From the IMG/VR virus record IMGVR_UViG_3300022206_000007, positions 1 to 26,557 of that record: DNA of 26,557 nt; one strand, 5' to 3'. The DNA is from a virus (Duplodnaviria; Caudoviricetes). The translations under genes were made by a program, and so were the position numbers. This document shows positions 1-7,228 of the stretch, piece by piece. How positions within the stretch are numbered: position 1 is the stretch's first letter; each line of letters begins with the position of its first letter. A model generated the notes under the pieces. It had not been told where the DNA came from. It saw only the letters and a program-made list of their open reading frames with translations, and searched no databases.

Positions 1-110
1 ACCTCCGCCCTGTCCGTGGCTTTTATCGCTTCGTCGTACTCTATCCCCGCCTGCGCCTCGTACTCCTTGGCCACCCTGATGGTGGCTTCCAGTACTCGTA
101 TCGATCTCAT
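1..110 (-). CDS. Hypothetical protein, runs off the window (MRSIRVLEATIRVAKEYEAQAG...)
   Basis: ATG at 110 overlaps the upstream stop (ATGA), GGAGG upstream, open to the window edge; not in the ORF track. Confidence 0.7.
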   Translation of the reverse strand, partial: MRSIRVLEATIRVAKEYEAQAGIEYDEAIKATDRAE

Positions 111-361
111 GTCGTCACCTCCGCTTCCTTGTTTGCCTGAGCCTCAGCGTCCAGCGCCAGCTCCATTGCCCATGACTGCGTCTCGCCGTCTAGCCTCCCA
201 GCCGCCTCCCATGCTTCCCGTGTGTCCGTATCGGCCGCCTCCTTCCACGCCTCCACGACTCTCCGCCAGGCCGCATCGAGCTTGACCGACTCCGTCGCTT
301 CCGCCGCTGCTCGCGCCTTGTCTGCCATCATCATGGCTCCCAATTGTCTGTATGCGTTCAT
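107..361 (-). CDS. Small helical hypothetical protein (84 aa), paralog of 358-594
   Basis: Start re-assigned to ATG 361 (ATGA overlap); shares ATES..LDAAW..V.EAW...T.EAWE with its neighbour. Confidence 0.8.
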   Translation of the reverse strand: MNAYRQLGAMMMADKARAAAEATESVKLDAAWRRVVEAWKEAADTDTREAWEAAGRLDGETQSWAMELALDAEAQANKEAEVTT

Positions 362-594
362 GTCAGCTTTTCTGCTTCCTTGCTCACCTGAATCCCGGCG
401 TCCCGCTTCATCATCATGTCTCGGATGCACGCCACCTCCCATGCCTCTTGTGTGCCCGTTACCAGGAAAGCGATCCACGCCTCCTCGACCATCTGCCAGG
501 CCGCGTCAAGCTGGGTCGACTCCGTCGCGTCCGCTGCAGCCTGTGCCTCGATTGCGTACTTTGTTGCCACTTTCCTTCGCATGAGTGCGTTCAT
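358..594 (-). CDS. Small helical hypothetical protein (78 aa), paralog of 107-361
   Basis: GAGGT SD upstream; 24/39 identities to its neighbour over the core (hand count). Confidence 0.8.
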   Translation of the reverse strand: MNALMRRKVATKYAIEAQAAADATESTQLDAAWQMVEEAWIAFLVTGTQEAWEVACIRDMMMKRDAGIQVSKEAEKLT

Positions 595-613
595 GTCGTA
601 CCTCTGTTGGTGG

Positions 614-823
614 TTAGAGAGTGGCTTCTTCGAGTGCGGCCTGCGCCTTAGTTACCTCCGCCTCTGCTTTCACAGCCCACGCTTCTGTTGCCGCTTCTGC
701 CGCTACAGCTTCCGCCAATTGCGCACGCAGCCTCTCCACCTCTAGTGTCCAACCCTCTGCGTTTGAGAGCGCTGCTTTTGCTTCGGCTTTCGCGTTCGCT
801 ACTCGTGTCTGGGCTGCGTTCAT
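614..823 (-). CDS. Ala/Glu-rich coiled-coil hypothetical protein (69 aa)
   Basis: GAGGAG SD, directly downstream of a predicted promoter; begins ATGAACGCA like the two following genes. Confidence 0.75.
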   Translation of the reverse strand: MNAAQTRVANAKAEAKAALSNAEGWTLEVERLRAQLAEAVAAEAATEAWAVKAEAEVTKAQAALEEATL

Positions 824-859
824 GGCTGACTCCTCGTGTGTGCTGCGTCCTTATGTATC

Positions 860-888
860 AATGTAGCGAGTGCCACACGTGAGTGCAA
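860..888 (-). promoter_or_regulatory. Putative sigma70-type promoter TTGCAC-N17-TACATT
   Basis: -35 at 888-883, -10 at 865-860, 17-bp spacer, intergenic and upstream of the small-gene run. Confidence 0.65.
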
Positions 889-889
889 G

Positions 890-1528
890 CTATTTCTGCA
901 GCAACCGACGCTCGAGTTCCCGCTCTTCCTCGGTCAGCTCCATGCCTCGTTCGTACGGCTTGAGCTTGGCGCCTGCGGGCGGCGGCTCGAGTGGCTCCTT
1001 CTCAGCGTAGGACGCGGCGACGATCTCGGTCACGCGCTGTGCGACCTCGGTCTTGTCCGCACTCATGAGGTCGAGCATCTCCCGGAGCGTCTCGCGCTCG
1101 CGACCCTTGCGTGGCGGATGCGCCTCGAAGTACTTCGCCAGCCGCTCCCACTCCTCGGGAACCTCCGGCTCCGGCGGCGGCTCAAGCGGCTCATCGCTGA
1201 CTACCACCGGGTGACGCGGTTGGCAGGCTCGAGCGTATTGGTCGAGTTGCGGCGCGGTCGGCATCCAGTCTGGCCACTGCCGGTGAGCGCCGCGAAAGAC
1301 TCGCTTGAGCGTCGCATCATCATGCGACTCGAGCATGCGCACGTAGGCGCCGGTCTCGACCTCATCAAGCTTGGCTCTGTACACGGCGGCCAGCTCAGTG
1401 ATGCGGCCAGTCAGAAGGGCGCGTCTGGGCCCATTATTGCGGCCACCTCCTCCGGCGTCGAGCCCTCGAGATTCTGCTCGATCGATCGCTGGGCTGCCGC
1501 TCGGCAGCGCTCTTTTTCCGTCTGGCAT
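890..1528 (-). CDS. Putative helicase loader/inhibitor-like replication protein (G39P-like N-domain)
   Basis: Follows the initiator; LAAVY...YVRML...L..VF......DWMPTAPQL resembles G39P-like domains; GGGAGGA SD before ATG 1528; overlaps the initiator gene by 118 nt. Confidence 0.5.
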   Translation of the reverse strand: MPDGKRALPSGSPAIDRAESRGLDAGGGGRNNGPRRALLTGRITELAAVYRAKLDEVETGAYVRMLESHDDATLKRVFRGAHRQWPDWMPTAPQLDQYARACQPRHPVVVSDEPLEPPPEPEVPEEWERLAKYFEAHPPRKGRERETLREMLDLMSADKTEVAQRVTEIVAASYAEKEPLEPPPAGAKLKPYERGMELTEEERELERRLLQK

Positions 1529-2658
1529 TCCTGCGGTCCTCCCTGCTCTGAGTACTGTATGAACCTATCCACGTTTTCCGGTTTTCCAAAGACGTGCTTC
1601 AGCGAAGTGAACCCCTTACCAACCGCCCATGGGTCGAGGCTCGCACCGTGCGCCGCTGCTTCGAGCTGCTGTGGAGTGTAGCCCTCGGCGAGCCGACGTC
1701 GGATGTAGTCCTGTGCTGGTATCGTCGCCGCGTGCTGAGCTCGCCGCGGGAATCGTCCGACGTATGCTTCGACCACGTGAGCGACGTGGTGCTCGGGGAC
1801 GACGAGACCATCGGGTCTGCGGAGCTCTGCCACGGGCACGGACGCCAGCGCCTCGTCACGGGCTTGCGTCACGATAGGTACCGTCGCCAGGGCCTTGGGC
1901 TCTACGGCCGGCTGAGGGGCGTCCAGAGGCTTAGGAGGGGGGGTGTACACCGGCGCCTCTCCGCGTTCGTACGTCGCCCGCTCTCGAGCGACGTCGTCCT
2001 CGGTGAGGATCTCTTTGCCGACCTCGCCGCTATGGGAAAAAGAATACGCAGACGCGCCAGCGGCTCGCGGCTCGAGTGTCTCGGTGTGCGTCTCCGGCTC
2101 CGTGGCGGACACGCCCAGATCCGATCCTGTGTTCTTCTGTTCTGTCCGATCCGATCCTGTTCTATCCGATCCTGTTCTATCTGCGCGGACATTTCCGCCG
2201 AGTTCCGCGGACGTTCCGCGGACATTTCCGCCGAGTTCCGCGGACGTTCCGCGGACATTTCCGTCCGTGTCCCGCGGACATTCCGCGGACATTCCGCGGA
2301 CACGTTTGGCACGCTTCCGCGCACGCTCGCTTTTCCGCTTCACCTCCATGCGCTGCCACTGCTCGGTGTAGATATCCCAGTTGTGCACTTGGAGACGCTC
2401 GTCCTTGCGGCGGTCGAGCAACCGCACCGACAAGAGGGCATCGATGAGGACGAGCGGGTCTCCATCCCACTGCACACGCCGCGCAATCGACGCCGGAGTC
2501 AGCTCGCCAATCGATCCTTTGATGTCGCCGAACCGCATCGCGAGACTCCAACACCTGGCGATGATCCCGATCGCCTCGTTCGGCGAGACGCCCAATGTGT
2601 CTGCCAGGCTCTCGACCTTCGGGTGGTCGGTGAAGGTATCGTGAAGGGTGATCCACAT
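1411..2658 (-). CDS. Phage replication initiator (replisome organizer)
   Basis: N-terminal WITLHDTFTDHPKV..LA..LG.....AIG....W wHTH-like domain, basic helix, internal repeats, and C-terminal RRLAEGYT...DPW...LKHVF..ENVDRF resembling Phg_2220_C-type domains. Confidence 0.8.
   Translation of the reverse strand: MWITLHDTFTDHPKVESLADTLGVSPNEAIGIIARCWSLAMRFGDIKGSIGELTPASIARRVQWDGDPLVLIDALLSVRLLDRRKDERLQVHNWDIYTEQWQRMEVKRKSERARKRAKRVRGMSAECPRDTDGNVRGTSAELGGNVRGTSAELGGNVRADRTGSDRTGSDRTEQKNTGSDLGVSATEPETHTETLEPRAAGASAYSFSHSGEVGKEILTEDDVARERATYERGEAPVYTPPPKPLDAPQPAVEPKALATVPIVTQARDEALASVPVAELRRPDGLVVPEHHVAHVVEAYVGRFPRRAQHAATIPAQDYIRRRLAEGYTPQQLEAAAHGASLDPWAVGKGFTSLKHVFGKPENVDRFIQYSEQGGPQECQTEKERCRAAAQRSIEQNLEGSTPEEVAAIMGPDAPF
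2119..2175. repeat. Three copies of ATCCGATCCTGT (2119, 2149, 2164), pyrimidine-skewed and relatively AT-rich
   Basis: Exact 12-mers spaced 30 and 15 bp, adjacent to the iterons. Confidence 0.85.
2184..2301. repeat. Iteron array, probable phage origin: 8 copies of (C)CGCGGAC
   Basis: Copies at 2184, 2205, 2216, 2238, 2249, 2272, 2283, 2294, with 11/22-bp periodicity and a 33-bp higher-order duplication, inside the initiator gene as in lambda O. Confidence 0.8.
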
Positions 2659-2659
2659 C

Positions 2660-3058
2660 CTACTTGCCGCCCTTCTTCGCCGCCTTCCGCGCCGCCTCTC
2701 TCTCGCGCTTGACGCGGAGACGTCGCTCGCGGGCCGTCATCTCCGCGATGCCGCAGATGCTGTACCACCTCAACAATGCAGAGGTGCTGCTTGCGAACGC
2801 TTTCTCTACCAAGTATCCGCAACCCACCAAGGCCCCGAGCACCGAGCAGCCCTCCTCGAGCTTGCTCGGCGCAGCCGCTTCCAGGATCTCTTCCCCGGTA
2901 GGGTAGGAAAGGGCGTCGTCTAGAGCCCAGTGCTTAGCCCCGTACATCCATAGCTTCGCGACGATACCGACCGCCTCTTCGTGAGATATCCGCAGGCGAG
3001 TAGCCAGACGGTAGGTCTCGACAGACTCGAAAGCTTCGTGGTCGACTAGTAGTTTCAA
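2660..3058 (-). CDS. Stand-alone paralog of the initiator N-terminal domain
   Basis: TTG start at 3058 after AAGGAGGT; LATRLRISHEEAVGIVAKLW aligns with LADTLGVSPNEAIGIIARCW; both continue into a basic helix. Confidence 0.7.
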   Translation of the reverse strand: MKLLVDHEAFESVETYRLATRLRISHEEAVGIVAKLWMYGAKHWALDDALSYPTGEEILEAAAPSKLEEGCSVLGALVGCGYLVEKAFASSTSALLRWYSICGIAEMTARERRLRVKREREAARKAAKKGGK

Positions 3059-3073
3059 GCGCACCTCCTTTGT

Positions 3074-3088
3074 ATGGTGCGGCACCAT
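3074..3088. promoter_or_regulatory. Perfect 15-bp palindrome ATGGTGC-G-GCACCAT, putative operator
   Basis: Lies at the divergence point; degenerate copies at 8542-8556 and 8984-8998. Confidence 0.6.
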
Positions 3089-3113
3089 TGTCATTGTTGG
3101 CGACAATTGTCAA
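3087..3113 (-). promoter_or_regulatory. Putative leftward promoter (TTGACA...GACAAT) with clustered ACAAT/ATTGT boxes
   Basis: Consensus -35 at 3113-3108; the best -10 gives a short 15-bp spacer; GACAATTGTC palindrome at 3102-3111. Confidence 0.45.
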
Positions 3114-3166
3114 CGCGCTGTGCGCTTTTCCCTTGCGCCGTCGCACGGCACGAGCTACCTTCTGTG

Positions 3167-3277
3167 CAGGGACGACACGCCGCAATTCTGCGGTGTCCCC
3201 TGGGCCGGCGGGGCCTACGACCCTGCCGGCCGCTCGCGCTCACGTGGCGGGAGGGTTGCCTCCCGCCACTGAGTGAG
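3167..3277 (+). ncRNA. Structured leader / candidate cis-acting RNA with three tandem hairpins
   Basis: Stems 3167-3202 (bulged), 3203-3231 (11 bp, one G-U on the + strand) and 3244-3269 (perfect 11 bp, extendable by CTCAC/GTGAG); no U tract. Confidence 0.5.
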
Positions 3278-3607
3278 GACACACGAAGAGAGGGACGCGA
3301 CATGAGCAAGTTCGTCACATGTGTGGACTGCAAATACCACAAACGTGAAAAAGGGCTCAACGACCACATGTGGTATAGCCAATACTGCACCGCGGTCAGC
3401 CGAGAGAAGGTACGCGATCCTGTGACTGGTAAGATGATGTATGGTGGTGTGAACGGTCTAGGTCAGACGTACACGACAGATGAGCAGCACATGCACTGTA
3501 GGGATATCAACACGGATGGAAAATGCTCACACTATCAAAGGCGGGGCGTCGTCGCCCCGGTTCTGAAGTTGATGACCCCAGGGCACGACGACACACGAAG
3601 AGAGGGA
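3278..3607 (+). repeat. 18-bp direct repeat GACACACGAAGAGAGGGA at 3278-3295 and 3590-3607
   Basis: Exact copies, each containing the RBS of the following gene. Confidence 0.9.
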
Positions 3608-3610
3608 TGA
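3302..3610 (+). CDS. Cys-rich, possibly Zn-binding hypothetical protein (102 aa)
   Basis: Start re-assigned to ATG 3302 after GAGGGA; CVDCKYH...C...CRDINTDGKCSHY; visibly lower GC. Confidence 0.75.
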   Translation: MSKFVTCVDCKYHKREKGLNDHMWYSQYCTAVSREKVRDPVTGKMMYGGVNGLGQTYTTDEQHMHCRDINTDGKCSHYQRRGVVAPVLKLMTPGHDDTRREG

Positions 3611-3611
3611 C

Positions 3612-3890
3612 ATGGGCATGTTGTCGGGGGCGCGGAAGTGGCTGTCGGGCTGTTGGCTCAGGAAGGTCCCGCCACCGAGGTGGCGCCTGGGGGGGTCCCG
3701 AAGTGGCAGTATTTGGGGCGGGTGCCTGGAATGGAGCTGTTCAGAATGCAACGTTGTAGGGGTGCTCGTGCCTGTTAGTATCGACTTGGACCGGAACACC
3801 ATTACGCTGAGGTGTGTTGCGTGCGGGCGGCGCGTGGGCGTGCATGGCGAGGCCTATGATGCGTTCAAGGACTTACCCGTCACGATATGA
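3612..3890 (+). CDS. Zn-ribbon hypothetical protein
   Basis: CSEC...CVAC pair; RBS within the repeat. Confidence 0.65.
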   Translation: MGMLSGARKWLSGCWLRKVPPPRWRLGGSRSGSIWGGCLEWSCSECNVVGVLVPVSIDLDRNTITLRCVACGRRVGVHGEAYDAFKDLPVTI

Positions 3891-3923
3891 CGGGAAGCAC
3901 AAACAACCACAAGGAGAGGACAC

Positions 3924-4235
3924 ATGAACGACCGAACAATGGCTCCAAACTTGGGCAGGTTTCCGAACCTGCACAGCCCGCCGGAACGCAATCTTCCTTA
4001 CTTGCCGCAGGTGCCAGAGGAACGAGACTTCGTCGACGCGTTGCGCACAGCATTCAAAGCGTTCGTGAGGAGGAAAGGTTGGACTACGGAAGAGCTGGCT
4101 GAGAAGCTAGAGTGTGAGCCGATTGACGTCGACAAGTTCTGCTCATGGTACATGTGCACACCTCGGAAGGCCATCCGCGCGTTGGTGACCGTCGGGGCGT
4201 CGGCCGTCGTGGAGATTCGAGGGGAGGACACATGA
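3924..4235 (+). CDS. XRE/Cro-like HTH protein
   Basis: RRKGWTTEELAEKL...VDKF HTH pattern; AAGGAG SD. Confidence 0.7.
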   Translation: MNDRTMAPNLGRFPNLHSPPERNLPYLPQVPEERDFVDALRTAFKAFVRRKGWTTEELAEKLECEPIDVDKFCSWYMCTPRKAIRALVTVGASAVVEIRGEDT

Positions 4236-4483
4236 TCGAGGAACACCCGTTGCGACGACGGTCGCCCGAAGAGCTCGAGCTCATTCGCACGCTGCGCGCT
4301 GCGTTCGAGGCACGCATAGCAAAGTACAACATCTCAGATGAGGAGGTGGCTCAGCGCCTTGGCTTGGAGCCTGGCTGGCTGCGGAATTTCCGAAGCCTCA
4401 ACGTCTGGACTCTAGAGCAAGCGTTCCGTGCCGCGACACTGATTGGTGTGCGCTACTTGCTGATTGAGAGGGGGGACACGTGA
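4232..4483 (+). CDS. XRE/Cro-like HTH protein, paralog of the preceding gene
   Basis: ATG 4232 (ATGA overlap); ISDEEVAQRLGL...LRNF; colinear alignment with 3924-4235. Confidence 0.75.
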   Translation: MIEEHPLRRRSPEELELIRTLRAAFEARIAKYNISDEEVAQRLGLEPGWLRNFRSLNVWTLEQAFRAATLIGVRYLLIERGDT

Positions 4484-4680
4484 CGACACCGAAGCTAACG
4501 AGACTCGCCGCCGTCGTGGCGGTGCGGAGATGCCGGGTTCAGATGGCTCATCGCCACGCGGTTACAATGCCGTCAGAGCTCCGGCTCATAGCAGGCACGC
4601 TCTTGCATTGGCTGTACTTCGACCTCGGTAGAGCCGAGCTGGCGCTGCGCGCGTACGTTACGGCGGAGGGGGACTCATGA
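4480..4680 (+). CDS. Small hypothetical protein (66 aa), tandem duplicate A
   Basis: GTGA overlap; 43/64 aa identical to the next gene. Confidence 0.85.
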   Translation: MTTPKLTRLAAVVAVRRCRVQMAHRHAVTMPSELRLIAGTLLHWLYFDLGRAELALRAYVTAEGDS

Positions 4681-4913
4681 CGACACCGAAGCTCACGAGA
4701 CTCGAGGCAACAGTGGCGGTGCGGAGATGCCGGTTCGATGTGGCTCATCGCTACGCGCTCGTAATGCCGCCAGATCTCCGCCCTATAGCAGGCGCGCTCT
4801 TGCATCAGCTGCTCTTCGACCTCGAGAGAGCCGAGGCGAAGCTGCACACGTACGTCATGATGGAGGGGACGCACAAGCCCGAGCAAGGAGAGGACCTACA
4901 TGCTGACACCTGA
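4677..4913 (+). CDS. Small hypothetical protein (78 aa), tandem duplicate B
   Basis: ATGA overlap; gap-free alignment to duplicate A. Confidence 0.85.
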   Translation: MTTPKLTRLEATVAVRRCRFDVAHRYALVMPPDLRPIAGALLHQLLFDLERAEAKLHTYVMMEGTHKPEQGEDLHADT

Positions 4914-5877
4914 GCAGATCAAGAACCGCAAGAACAAGATCACATCGAGCATCGCCGCTGCGTGCCTGGGTCTCTGTGACTACACCACTCCGCTCCAGGC
5001 GGCACTCAAGGCGCGAGGCGAGACGGAGTACTTGCCGCCGGTGAATGAGGATGCGTGCGAGAGGGGTGACGAGCTCGAGCATACGGTGCTGCAGTGGGGG
5101 GCCAAGAAGCTCGGCCTCACCTTGGTCGATGCTCCGTACATGGAGATCGACGGGTGGGCTGGCGACTCGGCAGACGGACTGTACGTGGATGGCGACGGGG
5201 TCGAGAAGGCGCTCGCCGAGGCGAAGACTGCTGCCGCTGGAGTCGCGGCCAAGTACGGCGACGCTGGGACCGACGAGGTACCCGAGGCGTGTCTCGTGCA
5301 GAGCCAGTGGCATCTCCTCTTTCGACCGCACATCGAGGTGTGTTACGTGCCGGTACTAAAGGGCGGCTACCGCATGGCGTTCGACCTGCACCCGGTGCAC
5401 GCGGACAAGGAGTTGCACGAGCTCCTCCTCGAGGAGCTGCACGAATTCTGGCGCAAGTACGTCGACCCGAGCAACCCGAGCCGCACGCTGCCGCCTGCCG
5501 ACGCCGGGGACGATGCCTACCTTAAGAGACGATGGCCGCGTCATCGTGACGAGGACCTCATCGAGAGCGACGAGATCTGGGAGGCGCTCGTGCGGGAGAG
5601 CCACAAGGCAAAGGAGGCGCTCAAGGCTGCCGAGACCACTGAGGAGGCGGCGAGCAACCGACTCCGCGCAGCTCTCGCCGACGCCGCCGGAGTCAAGGGC
5701 TCGTGGGGCAAGGCCACCTACCGAAAGGGCAAGGACAAGCAGAAGGTAGATTGGAAGGCGCTCGCCACAGAAATTGCTGGCGGTGAGGTGTCGGACGAGC
5801 TACTCTCCAAGCACACGGTAGAGACACCGGGCTCCAGGTCATTACTGGTTCGCCCGAGGAAAGGGGTGTGGACATGA
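4900..5877 (+). CDS. YqaJ-like (lambda exonuclease family) recombination nuclease
   Basis: R...ITSS.AAA.LG...Y.TP, RG.ELE, DSADG, EAKT and Q.QW motifs. Confidence 0.9.
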   Translation: MLTPEQIKNRKNKITSSIAAACLGLCDYTTPLQAALKARGETEYLPPVNEDACERGDELEHTVLQWGAKKLGLTLVDAPYMEIDGWAGDSADGLYVDGDGVEKALAEAKTAAAGVAAKYGDAGTDEVPEACLVQSQWHLLFRPHIEVCYVPVLKGGYRMAFDLHPVHADKELHELLLEELHEFWRKYVDPSNPSRTLPPADAGDDAYLKRRWPRHRDEDLIESDEIWEALVRESHKAKEALKAAETTEEAASNRLRAALADAAGVKGSWGKATYRKGKDKQKVDWKALATEIAGGEVSDELLSKHTVETPGSRSLLVRPRKGVWT

Positions 5878-6929
5878 GTACTGCGCTGACGACAATGCAA
5901 GCCGCCGCCCTCCAGGCGCCGCAGTCGGCGACCGAAATGGAGGCGCAGTACAATGCGCTGTACCGGCTAGCAGAGGCGTGCTCTCGGAGCAAGATGGTGC
6001 CGAAGCAGTACCAGGGTAATCCCGACGATGCATTCGTTGCGATCCTCCTCGGTGCTGAAATCGGCGTCTCGCCGATGCAGGCGATGCAGGGGATTGCCAC
6101 TATCAATGGTAGGCCATCAGCCTACGGGGATCTGATCCTGGCAATCTGCCAGTCGCATCCGCGATACGTCCGCCACGAGATCACCTTCGACGCAGAGGCA
6201 GGTCTCGCGACGTGTACCATGCATCGACAAGGTATCGATGGCGTGGTGTTCGGCGACCCGCAGACGTTTAGCTTCGCGGACGCGGAGCGAGCCGGGCTGG
6301 CAGGCAAGGCCGGGACATGGCAGCAATTCACGAAAGACATGCTCATCGCGCGTGCTGTCGGGAGAGCTGCGAGGCGCACGTTCGCTGATGCGCTTCGTGG
6401 TCTCGTGATCCGCGAGGAGGCGCAAGACTCAACGAGCAAGCCGGCGCCGGCGCCGGTGCAGACCAAGACATCCAAGGTCAAAGCTGCGCTCGGGGCCAAG
6501 CGCCAGCAGGCACCCGTCAAACCCTCTCCGGTCGACGTCGAGACCGTCAAGCCCGAGCCAGCAACAGACCCACACACACAGCACGTGCTCGATGAGATCG
6601 CATCTGCAGCAAGCAACGAGGAGTTGGTGCGCGCCGGGGCATTGGCTGGCCACCTCGAGGGCGACGCGCGTGATGCTGCACGCGTCGCCTACAAGGCCAG
6701 ACTCCGGGAGCTCGAGGCGCAACCCAAGCCCACGGGGCCCGCCCCTTCCAATGGACAGACCGACCACGAGAAAGCCATCGCTGCGGCGCGCACCATCACG
6801 ACAAACGAAGGGTATGTCGCGTGGTGGGCTTACATCCAGCCACTGTTGTCGCAGGGTAGCAAAGCAGACAGGGATGGCCTTCTCGCTCTCGCGGAGCAGA
6901 TCGAGCGCGATGTGAAGGAGGAGACATGA
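5874..6929 (+). CDS. RecT/Redbeta-like ssDNA-annealing protein
   Basis: S.MVPKQYQGNP.D..VAI..G.EIG..PMQAMQ.I..INGRP and W.....ML.ARA...AAR..F.D.L.G; paired with YqaJ; ATGA overlap. Confidence 0.85.
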   Translation: MSTALTTMQAAALQAPQSATEMEAQYNALYRLAEACSRSKMVPKQYQGNPDDAFVAILLGAEIGVSPMQAMQGIATINGRPSAYGDLILAICQSHPRYVRHEITFDAEAGLATCTMHRQGIDGVVFGDPQTFSFADAERAGLAGKAGTWQQFTKDMLIARAVGRAARRTFADALRGLVIREEAQDSTSKPAPAPVQTKTSKVKAALGAKRQQAPVKPSPVDVETVKPEPATDPHTQHVLDEIASAASNEELVRAGALAGHLEGDARDAARVAYKARLRELEAQPKPTGPAPSNGQTDHEKAIAAARTITTNEGYVAWWAYIQPLLSQGSKADRDGLLALAEQIERDVKEET

Positions 6930-7228
6930 GAGCATGGATCGCAGCGACACTGCGCCGCGTCGCTGACCGGATCGACGAGGCGCCACCCTCGTCGGACTGG
7001 CATGACTTCGCCCAGCGCGTGGATGACCACCAGCGCCTCGCTGTGTACGCGTGGTCGGCAGGTCCGACATACGCGGCGCGGCTCGCCGAGGACGAGGCAG
7101 CGTATATGGTTTACTTGGCGCTCAATGGACACCCGGCATCCGCGATTGCGCACGTCTCCGTGCGTGTCGCATCGTACGCGTACATCGCCGCGCGCAGGGC
7201 GCGAGAGTATGAGGAGATGGCTAGATGA
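6926..7228 (+). CDS. Hypothetical protein
   Basis: ATGA-coupled, GGAGGAG SD. Confidence 0.7.
   Translation: MRAWIAATLRRVADRIDEAPPSSDWHDFAQRVDDHQRLAVYAWSAGPTYAARLAEDEAAYMVYLALNGHPASAIAHVSVRVASYAYIAARRAREYEEMAR

Noticed and set aside
2119-2301. CRISPR array
   Set aside because: Repeats are 8-33 bp, tandem, without unique spacers, and in frame inside a gene; no cas genes
1594-2712. Long + strand ORFs opposite real genes (also 836-1681, 20913-21935, 24068-25021 and many others)
   Set aside because: Antisense shadows typical of high-GC DNA; Arg/Ser/Pro-rich, with no RBS or motifs
3167-3277. tRNA gene
   Set aside because: No acceptor stem, T-loop (TTC) or D-loop consensus in a cloverleaf arrangement
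3074-3301. N-terminal extension of the 178-aa ORF (likewise the track starts at 478, 4145, 8528, 9633, 10959, 20808, 23521, 24059)
   Set aside because: Extensions run through regulatory DNA or neighbouring genes; downstream starts have an SD and translational coupling
3542-3559. Hairpin CGGGGCG-TCGT-CGCCCCG as a terminator
   Set aside because: Inside a coding region, only a short TTCT after it, and plausible by chance at this GC content
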